This document shows positions 9,254-18,622 of a DNA stretch of 64,000 nucleotides, piece by piece (positions within the stretch are counted from its first letter, which is position 1; the number at the start of each line of letters is the position of its first letter). Location of the stretch: positions 9,723 to 73,722 of the forward strand of contig CAZYXG010000004.1 in NCBI GenBank assembly GCA_964650885.1, read 5' to 3'. The position numbers were made by a program, and so were the translations under genes. The DNA comes from an uncultured Hyphomicrobiales bacterium (GTDB lineage: Bacteria > Bacteroidota > Ignavibacteria > Kapaibacteriales > UBA2268). The notes under the pieces were generated by a model that did no database searches, was not told the DNA's origin, and saw nothing but the letters and a program-made list of their open reading frames with translations.

Positions 9254-9934
9254 ATGAAAATACTTGTAATTGAAGATGAAAAGAAAGTAGCCAAATTTAT
9301 TAAAATTGGCTTAGAAGAAGAAAGATATTCTGTTGATAATGCTTATGATGGAAAAGAAGGGTTAGATATGGCTCTATCGAACCACTATGACGCTATTCTG
9401 CTGGATATAATGCTACCTGAAATGAGTGGTTATAAAGTTTTGGAAGAGCTTAGAGCTGCCCATAGGAACTTACCTGTTTTACTAATTACTGCACTAAATA
9501 CCACACAAGACAAAGTAAATGGTCTTGATTTGGGTGCAGATGACTATATTTCCAAGCCATTCGTACTCGATGAGCTAACTGCTCGACTTAGAGCAATTTT
9601 AAGACGCACAACCGACACTCACTCTACTAAAATGCAATGTGGCGAATTGATTCTAGATTCGGTCTCACACATAGCTTATAGAAACGAAAGAGAAATTGAA
9701 CTTACTACTAAAGAATATTCGCTGCTTGAATTTTTGATGAGAAACAAAAACAAAATCGTTAGCAGAAGCACTATCACTCAACATGTTTGGCGACAAGATT
9801 ACGACCCAGAATCGAACATTATAGATGTTTATATCAAACGATTGAGAACTAAGATTGATGGAGAAAGTGAGAAAAAACCAATGATTCAATCTATTCGTGG
9901 CGTGGGTTATCGCTTGAAAGAACAAACTTTATAA
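9254..9934 (+). CDS. OmpR/PhoB-family response regulator (CusR/CopR-like); no cognate histidine kinase in the window
   Basis: 226 aa. The receiver has MKILVIEDE...DAILLDIMLPEMSG...ISKPF. The winged helix has ...YIKRLRTKID...IQSIRGVGYRLKE. Starts 20 nt after the upstream T9SS gene stop. Confidence 0.8.
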   Translation: MKILVIEDEKKVAKFIKIGLEEERYSVDNAYDGKEGLDMALSNHYDAILLDIMLPEMSGYKVLEELRAAHRNLPVLLITALNTTQDKVNGLDLGADDYISKPFVLDELTARLRAILRRTTDTHSTKMQCGELILDSVSHIAYRNEREIELTTKEYSLLEFLMRNKNKIVSRSTITQHVWRQDYDPESNIIDVYIKRLRTKIDGESEKKPMIQSIRGVGYRLKEQTL

Positions 9935-10690
9935 CCACTGTTCGCACCAAGCCATTATTATTTTGCCAACTTTGCGAGCTTCTGATTCATTTCGCATCAT
10001 AAGGTGTCCAAAGTTGTTTAGTTGAATTAATGATTTCGGCTCTTGGGCATCTGCAAAAATTTTAAAAGCATTATCCATACTTACTGTTTTATCATCGGGC
10101 GAATGCAAAACTAATAATGGTTTTCCAAGCTCGGCGATATTATGTTCGCCAGAAGTTAGTTCTAAATCTGCAAAAAATTCTTTAGTTAAAGTAAATTCAG
10201 TATCGCCAATAATCACATTAGAAGAGCCAACCAAATCTGCTTCAGCTTTTGTTTTAGCAATTGTTTTTGCTAAATTATTTGGTTTGTAAGGTGCTGCAAT
10301 AACAGCCACTGCTTTCACTTCGGCAAATTCTCTTGCAACTTTCAGCATAGCAGCTCCACCCATTGAGTGACCCACGCAAAAACTTGGAGCAGAATAATTT
10401 GCTTTCAAATATTGGTAAGCTAATCGTATATTAATCAAATTCGTTGTGAAGTTTGTATCTTCAAATTTGCCTTCCGATTCGCCCAAGCCTGGGAAATCGA
10501 AACGAAAAATCCCAACTCCATTATCAGTAAATTCCTTTGACATATTATTCAAATATCGAATATTACGGGGACAAGTGAAACAAGGTGCATATAAGATGAT
10601 ATATTTGGCTTCTCCACTATCGGGCAAATTCAATTCGGCAACTATATTGGAACCGCTATGGCTTAGGAAGTTAATTCTGATTTTCTGCAT
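9929..10690 (-). CDS. Alpha/beta-fold hydrolase (esterase/lipase-like)
   Basis: 253 aa. Nucleophile elbow FCVGHSMGGAAM (GxSxG), then ...HSPDD...NFGHLM. Divergent from osmC; the 3' end overlaps the response regulator by 6 nt. Confidence 0.7.
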   Translation of the reverse strand: MQKIRINFLSHSGSNIVAELNLPDSGEAKYIILYAPCFTCPRNIRYLNNMSKEFTDNGVGIFRFDFPGLGESEGKFEDTNFTTNLINIRLAYQYLKANYSAPSFCVGHSMGGAAMLKVAREFAEVKAVAVIAAPYKPNNLAKTIAKTKAEADLVGSSNVIIGDTEFTLTKEFFADLELTSGEHNIAELGKPLLVLHSPDDKTVSMDNAFKIFADAQEPKSLIQLNNFGHLMMRNESEARKVGKIIMAWCEQWL

Positions 10691-10835
10691 TTTCTGATTT
10701 TAACATTTACTTAACTTGCAGTAAAGACGAAACAGTTGCATTAGTGGTTTGAACGGAATACAATTTTCTCAACTCCAAACGTTTTACAACTAAAAGAAAA
10801 TCATTTTTTTAAATAATTAATCTAAGGCAATTATT

Positions 10836-11270
10836 ATGATTCGCAAAGCTTCCGCAAATTGGAAAGGCACTGGACTAGAAGGTACTGGCTCACTTACATC
10901 GCAAAGTGGCTTGCTAAACGCAACTCCATACTCTACTAAATTACGTTTTGAAAATGAAGACGGTCAAGCTGGTACAAACCCAGAAGAACTAATAGCTGCT
11001 GCCCACGCTGGCTGTTTCAATATGGCTTTGAGCTTCCAATTGACTGGGGCAGGTTTCCCTCCAGCTGATTTGCAAACTAACGCAACATTGACAATGAGCA
11101 CAGATGGCACTAATTTTTCAATTACAAGCATTAATTTGGATTTAGTTGGCGATGTACCAAAAATAGACGAAGCGAAATTCTTGGAATTAGCAAACGTAGC
11201 AAAAGCAAACTGCCCAGTTTCAAAAGCATTAGCATCAATTGAAATCACTCTTAATGCAAAATTGAAATAA
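10836..11270 (+). CDS. OsmC/Ohr-family peroxiredoxin
   Basis: 144 aa. ...GTNPEELIAAAHAGCFNMALS... and ...ANCPVSKAL are the two conserved Cys motifs of OsmC. Confidence 0.8.
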   Translation: MIRKASANWKGTGLEGTGSLTSQSGLLNATPYSTKLRFENEDGQAGTNPEELIAAAHAGCFNMALSFQLTGAGFPPADLQTNATLTMSTDGTNFSITSINLDLVGDVPKIDEAKFLELANVAKANCPVSKALASIEITLNAKLK

Positions 11271-11296
11271 GATAAACTAAATAGCTAAAATCATAA

Positions 11297-11329
11297 GAGT
11301 GGATAGGCAACTACCCACTCTTTTTTTTT
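11297..11329 (+). terminator. Rho-independent terminator after the OsmC gene
   Basis: GAGTGGATAG-GCAA-CTACCCACTC forms a 10-bp stem with one mismatch, followed by a T9 run. Confidence 0.6.
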
Positions 11330-11637
11330 ATGGGGTAGTTAACTTTCGAAATAAAAAATTCCACCAACGTCTAGCCATTTTATGAGATAGGGTGGAGAAT
11401 AGTTATCAATATTGTGAGTGAGTTATTCGCTAAACTTTAGGCTCTTGATGGCAAAGGAATAGATTGCTATGGCGGTGCAGAATTAGTATAATTGAAATAT
11501 GAACTAATTGATTGAATAAACGTGGGACATAATGTCTCACTTTTTTATTTTCACCCTTCTAAACTGATTGTCGTCAGCCAATAAAACATTTGCTTCTAAA
11601 CTATGTCTATAACTTTCGATAAAGTTCAAAGTTTTGA

Positions 11638-13821
11638 GTGTGGCAATTGGAAACAATAATTAAAAGTCAAGTTTATGGAGTAACTGGTATGACTTGTGCC
11701 AGCTGTGCACTCAATGTAGAAAAGGCACTCAAAAGTCAAGCTGGAGTAGAGAATGCAGCAGTAAACGTTACCACAAATTCTGCACTTATTGAATTCAATC
11801 CCGAAATCACAACGCCCAAAGAACTTAAAAATGCAGTTATAGCAGTTGGCTATAATATGTTAATTGAAAATTCCGATGCCAACGATACTGAAAAAAATGA
11901 CTCATTTAAAAAAGTAAAGCAAAATACAATTGGTGCAATTCTTTTGTCCATTCCATTATTTATAATTTCAATGTTCTTTATGGATATGCCTTGGGGCGAT
12001 TGGATAATGCTTCTTTTAGCAACACCAATTGTTTTTTGGTATGGCCGAGGTTATTTTTCAACCGCGATTAAACTGGCTTTGATGCGTACTAGCAATATGG
12101 ATACTTTGGTTGCTCTCAGCACTGGAATATCTTATATCTATAGTTTAGCGAATATGTTTTTCCCAAACTTTTGGCACTCTCGTGGTTTGCATCCACACGT
12201 TTATTTCGAATCAGCTGGCTTAGTAATAACATTTGTTTTAATAGGCAAATATATTGAAGAGAAAGCGAAAAGCTCTTCTTCTTCGGCAATTAGAAAATTA
12301 ATAGGAATGCAGTCGCAATTTGTGAATTTAATAGTCAATGAATTTTCCGTACGCACACATATTTCTGCTATTAAATTAGGCGATTCAATACAAGTAAAAC
12401 CTGGCGAGCGAATTCCAATTGATGGCAAAGTGAAATTTGGTCGCTCTTTTGTGGACGAAAGCTCTATCACAGGTGAGCCAATGGCAGTGGAAAGAAAATC
12501 GGGAGATTATGTATTTGCTGGCACTATCAATCAAAATGGAAGTTTGCGAGTGGTTGCCGATAAAATAGCCGAAGATACATTGCTCGGAAAAATTATAAAG
12601 TCGGTTGAATCGGCACTGATGAGTAAACCTAATATTCAAAAATTGGTTGATAAAATCGCAAGTGTGTTTGTGCCAATAGTTATTCTTCTCTCAGTTATCA
12701 CATTCATAGCGTGGTGGATTTTCGGAGGCAGCAATGGTTTGCAAATGGGAATTATTTCAATGGCGACTGTGCTTGTGATTGCTTGTCCTTGTGCATTGGG
12801 TTTGGCTACTCCCACAGCATTGGTGGTTGGCTTGGGCAAAGCAGCCGATTTGGGAATATTGATTAAAGACGCTAATGTGCTGGAGCAGATTAATAAAATA
12901 GATACTATTATATTCGATAAAACTGGAACTCTAACTTACGGCAAACCAAAAATTACTGAATTTAATTGGCTCAGTGCGACTGAAACAGAATTAAATACAC
13001 AAATACTATTTGCTATGGAACAAGAATCCGAACACCCAATTGCATTAGCCGTGATAGAGTATTTGCAAGAAAGTATTAGCGCTACAATAAAGTTAGATAC
13101 ATTCGAGAATATTTCGGGAAGCGGAATAATAGCAGCAGTAAATAATAATTTATATGCTGTTGGCACAAGGAAATTAATGCAAGAAAAGGGTATTATAATA
13201 TCCGATTTGGATAGCTATATTTACTTTGCAAAGAACAACTTGCTTTTAGCGAAATTCAAAATAGAAGATGAAATAAAGCCAAGCACGAGAGAAGCAATTG
13301 CAAAAATTAAAGCTAAAGGAATAAATGTTGCATTGCTAACAGGTGATAGCGAAATAAATACAAAAACTATATCGGAGCAATCTGGAATTTCAGATTATAG
13401 AGCAAATCAATTGCCAAATGATAAGCTCGAATATATAAAAACTCTTCAAAAAGAAGGTAAAAAAGTAGCAATGGTGGGAGATGGAATTAATGATAGCCAA
13501 GCTTTAGCTCAAGCTGATGTTAGTATTGCAATGGGAAAGGGTTCGGATATTGCGATAGATGTTGCACAGCTAACAATAGTGTCTTCCGATTTACTTTTAA
13601 TCACCACTTCGTTAGATTTGGCAAATATGACTTTAAGTAAAATCAAACAAAATCTGTTTTGGGCTTTTATTTATAATGTGGTGGCTATTCCAATAGCAAT
13701 GGGAATATTCATTCCACATTTTGGATTGCAAATCAATCCAATGATGGCTGGAGCAGCTATGGCATTCAGTTCAATTTCAGTTGTATCGAATAGTTTATTG
13801 ATGAAGTTTAGGAAAATTTAA
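11638..13821 (+). CDS. copA: Copper-translocating P1B-type ATPase
   Basis: 727 aa with a GTG start. HMA domain GMTCASCALNVEKAL, CPC motif ACPCALGLATP, DKTGTLT phosphorylation site, GDGINDSQAL hinge. Confidence 0.85.
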   Translation: MWQLETIIKSQVYGVTGMTCASCALNVEKALKSQAGVENAAVNVTTNSALIEFNPEITTPKELKNAVIAVGYNMLIENSDANDTEKNDSFKKVKQNTIGAILLSIPLFIISMFFMDMPWGDWIMLLLATPIVFWYGRGYFSTAIKLALMRTSNMDTLVALSTGISYIYSLANMFFPNFWHSRGLHPHVYFESAGLVITFVLIGKYIEEKAKSSSSSAIRKLIGMQSQFVNLIVNEFSVRTHISAIKLGDSIQVKPGERIPIDGKVKFGRSFVDESSITGEPMAVERKSGDYVFAGTINQNGSLRVVADKIAEDTLLGKIIKSVESALMSKPNIQKLVDKIASVFVPIVILLSVITFIAWWIFGGSNGLQMGIISMATVLVIACPCALGLATPTALVVGLGKAADLGILIKDANVLEQINKIDTIIFDKTGTLTYGKPKITEFNWLSATETELNTQILFAMEQESEHPIALAVIEYLQESISATIKLDTFENISGSGIIAAVNNNLYAVGTRKLMQEKGIIISDLDSYIYFAKNNLLLAKFKIEDEIKPSTREAIAKIKAKGINVALLTGDSEINTKTISEQSGISDYRANQLPNDKLEYIKTLQKEGKKVAMVGDGINDSQALAQADVSIAMGKGSDIAIDVAQLTIVSSDLLLITTSLDLANMTLSKIKQNLFWAFIYNVVAIPIAMGIFIPHFGLQINPMMAGAAMAFSSISVVSNSLLMKFRKI

Positions 13822-13833
13822 ATTTTTTATAAA

Positions 13834-14187
13834 TTACTTATCCTGACCAAATTGCAGGATATAGCCACTGTTATCGAAAATAGAAAATTCCTTTACGTTT
13901 TTTTCGCTAGTTTCTAATTCGCTAGCCAAATCAACATTATCTTTAATGGTATCGTAAAATTCGTCCAAATTCTCAACTTTGAAATAAAGCGAACCAGTGA
14001 ACATTTCAAATGGTGCTTCGGAATTGGGCAAAGCAAACATAATGTCCACATCTTCTTTGCTAATTGTAGCCCAACCGTTTTCAATGTTGCGCTCTTTGCA
14101 TTGGAAACCGAGATGATTTGTATAGAATTCTATACTTTCCTCGATATCTCCCGTCCAGAGCATGGGAGTTACACTTTTAAATTTCAT
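13834..14187 (-). CDS. VOC-family (glyoxalase/bleomycin-resistance fold) protein
   Basis: 117 aa. ...MLWTGDIEESIEFYTNHLGF... is the typical VOC beta-alpha-beta-beta-beta start. Convergent with copA (12-nt gap). Confidence 0.6.
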   Translation of the reverse strand: MKFKSVTPMLWTGDIEESIEFYTNHLGFQCKERNIENGWATISKEDVDIMFALPNSEAPFEMFTGSLYFKVENLDEFYDTIKDNVDLASELETSEKNVKEFSIFDNSGYILQFGQDK

Positions 14188-14380
14188 TGCACTGCACTTC
14201 CTTATTCTACTTTGTTAAAGTGAATTTTGTGATGTATTGTTTAGTTCCGTAATGCAAACTAACAAAGTAAATTCCATTTTGCAAATTAAAGTTGCTTGTG
14301 TTAAGCTCAAAAGAGTGATTTTCTTGTTAATGTAATCGCTTTTTGGTTTATTTTAAAGATTATTTGGACTTTTAACTCTT

Positions 14381-17300
14381 CTATTTCACTATCTGCAATG
14401 ACCCGCTATATTTATCTGTGTTAGTCTTCACTTCCAATAAATATGTGCCAGCAGCAATATTTGTTATATCGAACACTAGCTGATAGCTGCCTTTGTTCAA
14501 ATCTATCTTGTCTAATGGGAATACCGCACCCAATGTAGAAATTAAATTAACTTCCACTTGCCCTGTCGTAATCAATGTTATCTTCACATTCAGTTCGTTT
14601 TCGGCTGGTACTGGGTAATATTCAAATTGATTTTTCGGGAAGTCATAATTATAAGCAAGTATCAACCCGCAGCGATTACTTCCAGTCAATCGGGCATCTT
14701 CGGAAAGCCCTATAATTGGAATCACTGAAGTTCGACAAAGGAAATCATAAATTAATGAATCTGTGTAAGTATAATTATTCTTGATTTTTGATTGCAATGG
14801 ATTGAAACAAACCAAAAGCGAACGATTTGAATTTGCTGGTATAATAAATGGTAATTGTGAATTTGGCAAACTAAAGAAGAGTCCATTTTTTAATCGTAAA
14901 TTTCCCAAATTAATTGCTGAGTTACCTTCGTTTATAATAGTAATACTATCGCAAACACTTCTGCCAGTCAATGTAGAATCAAAGTTAAATTTATCTTGAT
15001 AGCCAGAGCCACTCGAAGAAACAGAGAATTTAATTACGCTGCTGAAAATAGTATCTTTCAGCTCAATTGAATTATTGACTAAATCATTTACTTTAATATG
15101 CACACTCGCATCTTTGTTTTTCACTCTTTGATAGTATTTAACCACCAAGCTATCTGGCAAAAAGTATGTAACTTCCACAACTGTATTGTTTGAATCAATT
15201 GTAATTAAATCTTTAATACCTGTATTTAATTTTCCAATATCGCGAACGGTGAAAAATTTTTCTAGCCCGCAAGTGTCTTTATTATTTGAAACCAAATCAG
15301 GGCTTTCTGTATCTTTGCCAACGTAATAATTTATTGCCACTACGCTTCTTTTGCCGCAATCAATATTGCCATTATTTTGGAAATTAACCAATATAGTGTC
15401 TGTTATTGTAGTATCGCCCAGCAATCCTGCATCGAAACAAACATCTACCGAGATTTTCTGTTTAGGTGCTAAAGTGATTGGACTGCTCAAGCCATTAATT
15501 GTAATAGTATGATTTTTGTTATTAGATTCCAAATTTATTGTTTGTGGGAAGAAACCATAGTTTTCTAACTCAAATTTCTTGCAAATTGTTTTAGTTTGTA
15601 AAATTGAATCATTAAAAAGTAATAACTTAGTTTCAAATTTTGAAAGACCAACCGTTAAGCCAGGCAAATCGAAATATTTCTTTCTTGAATAGCCAATGGT
15701 GTCAGTAGCGTTTAGCTCGAATGAACCATCTTGGTAAATGTCGGTAAGCTGTCCAGAGAAATTTATTATTTTATCGCCTATTCCACTGTAATCTGTTATC
15801 ACTGTGCAATTAACTTGTTTAGTTTGTTCCACATCTAATTTATATATTCCACCGTCAAATTCTAAAGTATCTGCAATAACGCCATTAAGTTTGAAACACT
15901 CTTTTGTGGTGAAATATTTTGGTGGATTATGGTCAATATTTTTAGTGGACATACCGCCTATGTATCCATAGGAGTTTACATCGCCAAAACCGTAAACATA
16001 AATACCAATCTCTTCGCTTGCTAACACATCGTGCGTGCCATCGCTAACTCTAGCTATGTAATAAGAGTATCCACTTTGCTTCACTGGTTGGAAAAAAGAA
16101 GGTGATACAGCTACTCCATCTATAGAAACTGTGTTTAAAGCTGTATTTGGTGCTAAAATAGTCAAATATTGTTTTGTATATGCATTTTGCTCACCTCCAA
16201 AACTCTGGTCTTGTTGTGTTGCTTGTATATTCACACAGCGATAAATCCTACTGAATTGCTCTTTGGGTGGGATAATCAACATGAATGGATCGCCTTCAGT
16301 CAAAGTATTCTGACCACTATTTGGGTCTTGAGAAGATTGTTTATATAACGCAACCATCATTGGTGCAGTAGATTCTATATGAAATATCTCATTCAGTGGA
16401 GCCTCATAAAATTCACCTCTATTCAGAGTTACTTTTTGGACTCCATTCAGATCAATCACAGTGCTATCTTCAGAAACAATTACTCTAAAGACATCATAAG
16501 CTTTCCAGTTGTTTAAAAGAGTAGGAAAAGGAATAAGAAAAGCATTTCTTCCCCAAAGATTGGTTGGAATAAGCTGCTCAATTAATATATCTCTCGAAGG
16601 ATTAGAGTTTGCTAATTCAAAAGGTATATTTGCTCTTTGTTGTCCTGTTATTACAGCAATATTCTTTGTAGATTTAATCTCGCTACCAGTCAAATCAGCC
16701 TTTGATCCATAATTACCTATTTCGGCTTGCATTAAATAACTATCACCTTGATTTAAAGTAATTGTTTTTGGAGCTGAGCCAAAGTTGTATGAGCTTACTT
16801 TTGGTGTGATTGTTACTTCGGTGTTATTTTCCACAGCAAGGATTGCAAATTGAGAAGGCGTGAATGATACACCCTGTGTTGAGAATGTATCGTTTGGATA
16901 GGACATTACCAAATATTCTTTCCCTAACCCTGATGTAGGGAATGAAAGAAAAGCATCGCAGGACAAAGATGCTTTTGAATAAGCATAAACAGATATGTCG
17001 GAAGTAGCAGTTACTTTGAAATATTGTGGTGCTATTTTTCCAGTTTGCGAAGTAAAGGGGTCATTGCTCGAACCACTATTCAAATAATTTTTAAAACCTC
17101 TCAACTCATAATTATGGTATTTAACACCAGTTTTATAGACTTGTTTTGGGTTTGTTATATTAATTGTTCTGCGAGTAATATTGCGATTGACATCTCTCAT
17201 TTCTACTTCCACAGTAGTGGGAACTTCTGCAGAAAAAAATATAATTATCGAATCAAGATTTGTTTGATTTTGCCCAGTGTTATGAAAATTTGGCGGGAAA

Positions 17301-17410
17301 GTGAGCCAAAATTCTCTTCCTCTTGTGTCAATTGTTTGCCCAAAAATCTCTGAAGCGAATAATACTGATATTATCAGCAAAAATAAATTTATATTTCTAA
17401 GATATTTCAT
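14381..17410 (-). CDS. T9SS-sorted surface protein with IgGFc-binding-type N-terminal domain
   Basis: 1009 aa. Signal peptide MKYLRNINLFLLIISVLFASEIFGQ. GREFWLTFPPNFHNTG is IgGFc_binding N-domain-like. The C-terminus YPVPAENELNVKITL...AAGTYLLEVKTNTDKYSGSLQIVK is a CTD. Confidence 0.6.
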   Translation of the reverse strand: MKYLRNINLFLLIISVLFASEIFGQTIDTRGREFWLTFPPNFHNTGQNQTNLDSIIIFFSAEVPTTVEVEMRDVNRNITRRTINITNPKQVYKTGVKYHNYELRGFKNYLNSGSSNDPFTSQTGKIAPQYFKVTATSDISVYAYSKASLSCDAFLSFPTSGLGKEYLVMSYPNDTFSTQGVSFTPSQFAILAVENNTEVTITPKVSSYNFGSAPKTITLNQGDSYLMQAEIGNYGSKADLTGSEIKSTKNIAVITGQQRANIPFELANSNPSRDILIEQLIPTNLWGRNAFLIPFPTLLNNWKAYDVFRVIVSEDSTVIDLNGVQKVTLNRGEFYEAPLNEIFHIESTAPMMVALYKQSSQDPNSGQNTLTEGDPFMLIIPPKEQFSRIYRCVNIQATQQDQSFGGEQNAYTKQYLTILAPNTALNTVSIDGVAVSPSFFQPVKQSGYSYYIARVSDGTHDVLASEEIGIYVYGFGDVNSYGYIGGMSTKNIDHNPPKYFTTKECFKLNGVIADTLEFDGGIYKLDVEQTKQVNCTVITDYSGIGDKIINFSGQLTDIYQDGSFELNATDTIGYSRKKYFDLPGLTVGLSKFETKLLLFNDSILQTKTICKKFELENYGFFPQTINLESNNKNHTITINGLSSPITLAPKQKISVDVCFDAGLLGDTTITDTILVNFQNNGNIDCGKRSVVAINYYVGKDTESPDLVSNNKDTCGLEKFFTVRDIGKLNTGIKDLITIDSNNTVVEVTYFLPDSLVVKYYQRVKNKDASVHIKVNDLVNNSIELKDTIFSSVIKFSVSSSGSGYQDKFNFDSTLTGRSVCDSITIINEGNSAINLGNLRLKNGLFFSLPNSQLPFIIPANSNRSLLVCFNPLQSKIKNNYTYTDSLIYDFLCRTSVIPIIGLSEDARLTGSNRCGLILAYNYDFPKNQFEYYPVPAENELNVKITLITTGQVEVNLISTLGAVFPLDKIDLNKGSYQLVFDITNIAAGTYLLEVKTNTDKYSGSLQIVK

Positions 17411-17511
17411 AGTTGTCTCACGAAATTAGTTGTAAATAACAACGTTTAATAATACAATTTAACTTTTTAGTTTAAATTGTAAGCAAAAAAAACACTATTC
17501 TAAAAAAATAA

Positions 17512-18048
17512 ATGCGAAAACTTTTATATCAAGAACTTATTGAAGTTAGGAAAACAGAAGAAGAAGCAAAAATTCTTCCCAAGCATCCAATTTCTCTTAT
17601 ACTCCACAACATTAGAAGCAGCTATAATGTTGGCTCTATTTTCAGAACAGCAGACTCTGCAAATATTCAAGAAATTATTCTTTGCGGCTATACTCCCACT
17701 CCGCCAAGACCCGAAATAGACAAAACTGCTCTTGGTGCTACTTCCACTGTATCTTGGCAATATATCCAATCAACAGCCGATGCAATTGTTATGCAAAAAG
17801 CTAAGGGAGAAACAGTTTTTGCCTTGGAACTAACAACAAATAGTATTAACTACGATGAAATTCCAAAATCTGCTTTCCCAATTACAATTGTTTTGGGCAA
17901 TGAAATTAGCGGTGTAGATGATGATTTGCTTGAATTGTGTGATTTTGCAATTGAAATTCCAATGTATGGAATCAAACATTCATTAAATGTGGCGGTTGCC
18001 ACTGGAATTGCAATCTATGAAGCTACTCAAATCTACTTGTCTAAATAA
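17512..18048 (+). CDS. SpoU/TrmH-family RNA 2'-O-methyltransferase
   Basis: 178 aa. RSSYNVGSIFRTADS...LGNEISGVDDDLLELCDFAIEIPMYGIKHSLNVAVATGIAIYE are the SpoU methylase motifs. Confidence 0.7.
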   Translation: MRKLLYQELIEVRKTEEEAKILPKHPISLILHNIRSSYNVGSIFRTADSANIQEIILCGYTPTPPRPEIDKTALGATSTVSWQYIQSTADAIVMQKAKGETVFALELTTNSINYDEIPKSAFPITIVLGNEISGVDDDLLELCDFAIEIPMYGIKHSLNVAVATGIAIYEATQIYLSK

Positions 18049-18050
18049 AG

Positions 18051-18110
18051 AACGTTTTTCTAAATCTTGTTAATGTCTATAGCTATTAACACTTAAAAAA
18101 GAAAAACGTT
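18051..18110. terminator. Nested inverted repeat between convergent SpoU-MTase and ybaK genes; possible bidirectional terminator
   Basis: Outer arms AACGTTTTTC (18051-18060) and GAAAAACGTT (18101-18110) are a perfect 10 bp. Inner arms TGTTAAT (18068-18074) and ATTAACA (18085-18091) give 7 bp. The flanking T-tract is weak. Confidence 0.35.
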
Positions 18111-18136
18111 ACACCTTATCATGAAATTAGTTTAAA

Positions 18137-18622
18137 TTAATTGATTGCTACAGTAATAGGCGTGGCATTCAAATGTGGGATTATATCACTGGTTTTAACT
18201 TTGATTATGAATCCACGCTTGCCACCATTGATATAAATGTATTCAATCATGGCAATTTCTGCTTCAAAGTATATATTCATTTGCTTCAATATCCCAAAAG
18301 GTGAAGTGCCACCAAATTCATAACCAGTAGATTTTTTAGCAATTTCAGCATCGCAAAGTGAGCAGCTTCTTGCCCCAATTTGTCTTGCAAATTCCTTTAG
18401 TGAAATTTCTTTATCCCCTGTCATTAGCACAATAGCAAGTTTGTCTTCATCGGTAGCCACTACTATTGTTTTCACCACGAGGTGTTCGTCCACATTTAGA
18501 ATCTTGGCAGTTTGGGAAGTGCCGCCTTTTTCTTCGTAATCGTAAATGTATGGTTCAAACTCAATTTTCTTAGACTTAAGCTCTCTGATGGCTTGAGTCA
18601 TTGGGAATGTTAATTTGCTCAT
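18137..18622 (-). CDS. ybaK: Cys-tRNA(Pro)/Cys-tRNA(Cys) deacylase YbaK
   Basis: 161 aa. ...KTIVVATDEDKLAIVLMTGDKEISLKEFARQIGARSCSLCDAEIAKKSTGYEFGGTSPFG... matches the YbaK/ProX deacylase pattern (KTLV...TGY..GG.SP.G). Confidence 0.7.
   Translation of the reverse strand: MSKLTFPMTQAIRELKSKKIEFEPYIYDYEEKGGTSQTAKILNVDEHLVVKTIVVATDEDKLAIVLMTGDKEISLKEFARQIGARSCSLCDAEIAKKSTGYEFGGTSPFGILKQMNIYFEAEIAMIEYIYINGGKRGFIIKVKTSDIIPHLNATPITVAIN

Noticed and set aside
12201-13166. Four minus-strand ORFs (67-89 aa) inside copA
   Set aside because: They are antisense to a strongly supported P-type ATPase gene and have no motifs. Typical shadow ORFs.
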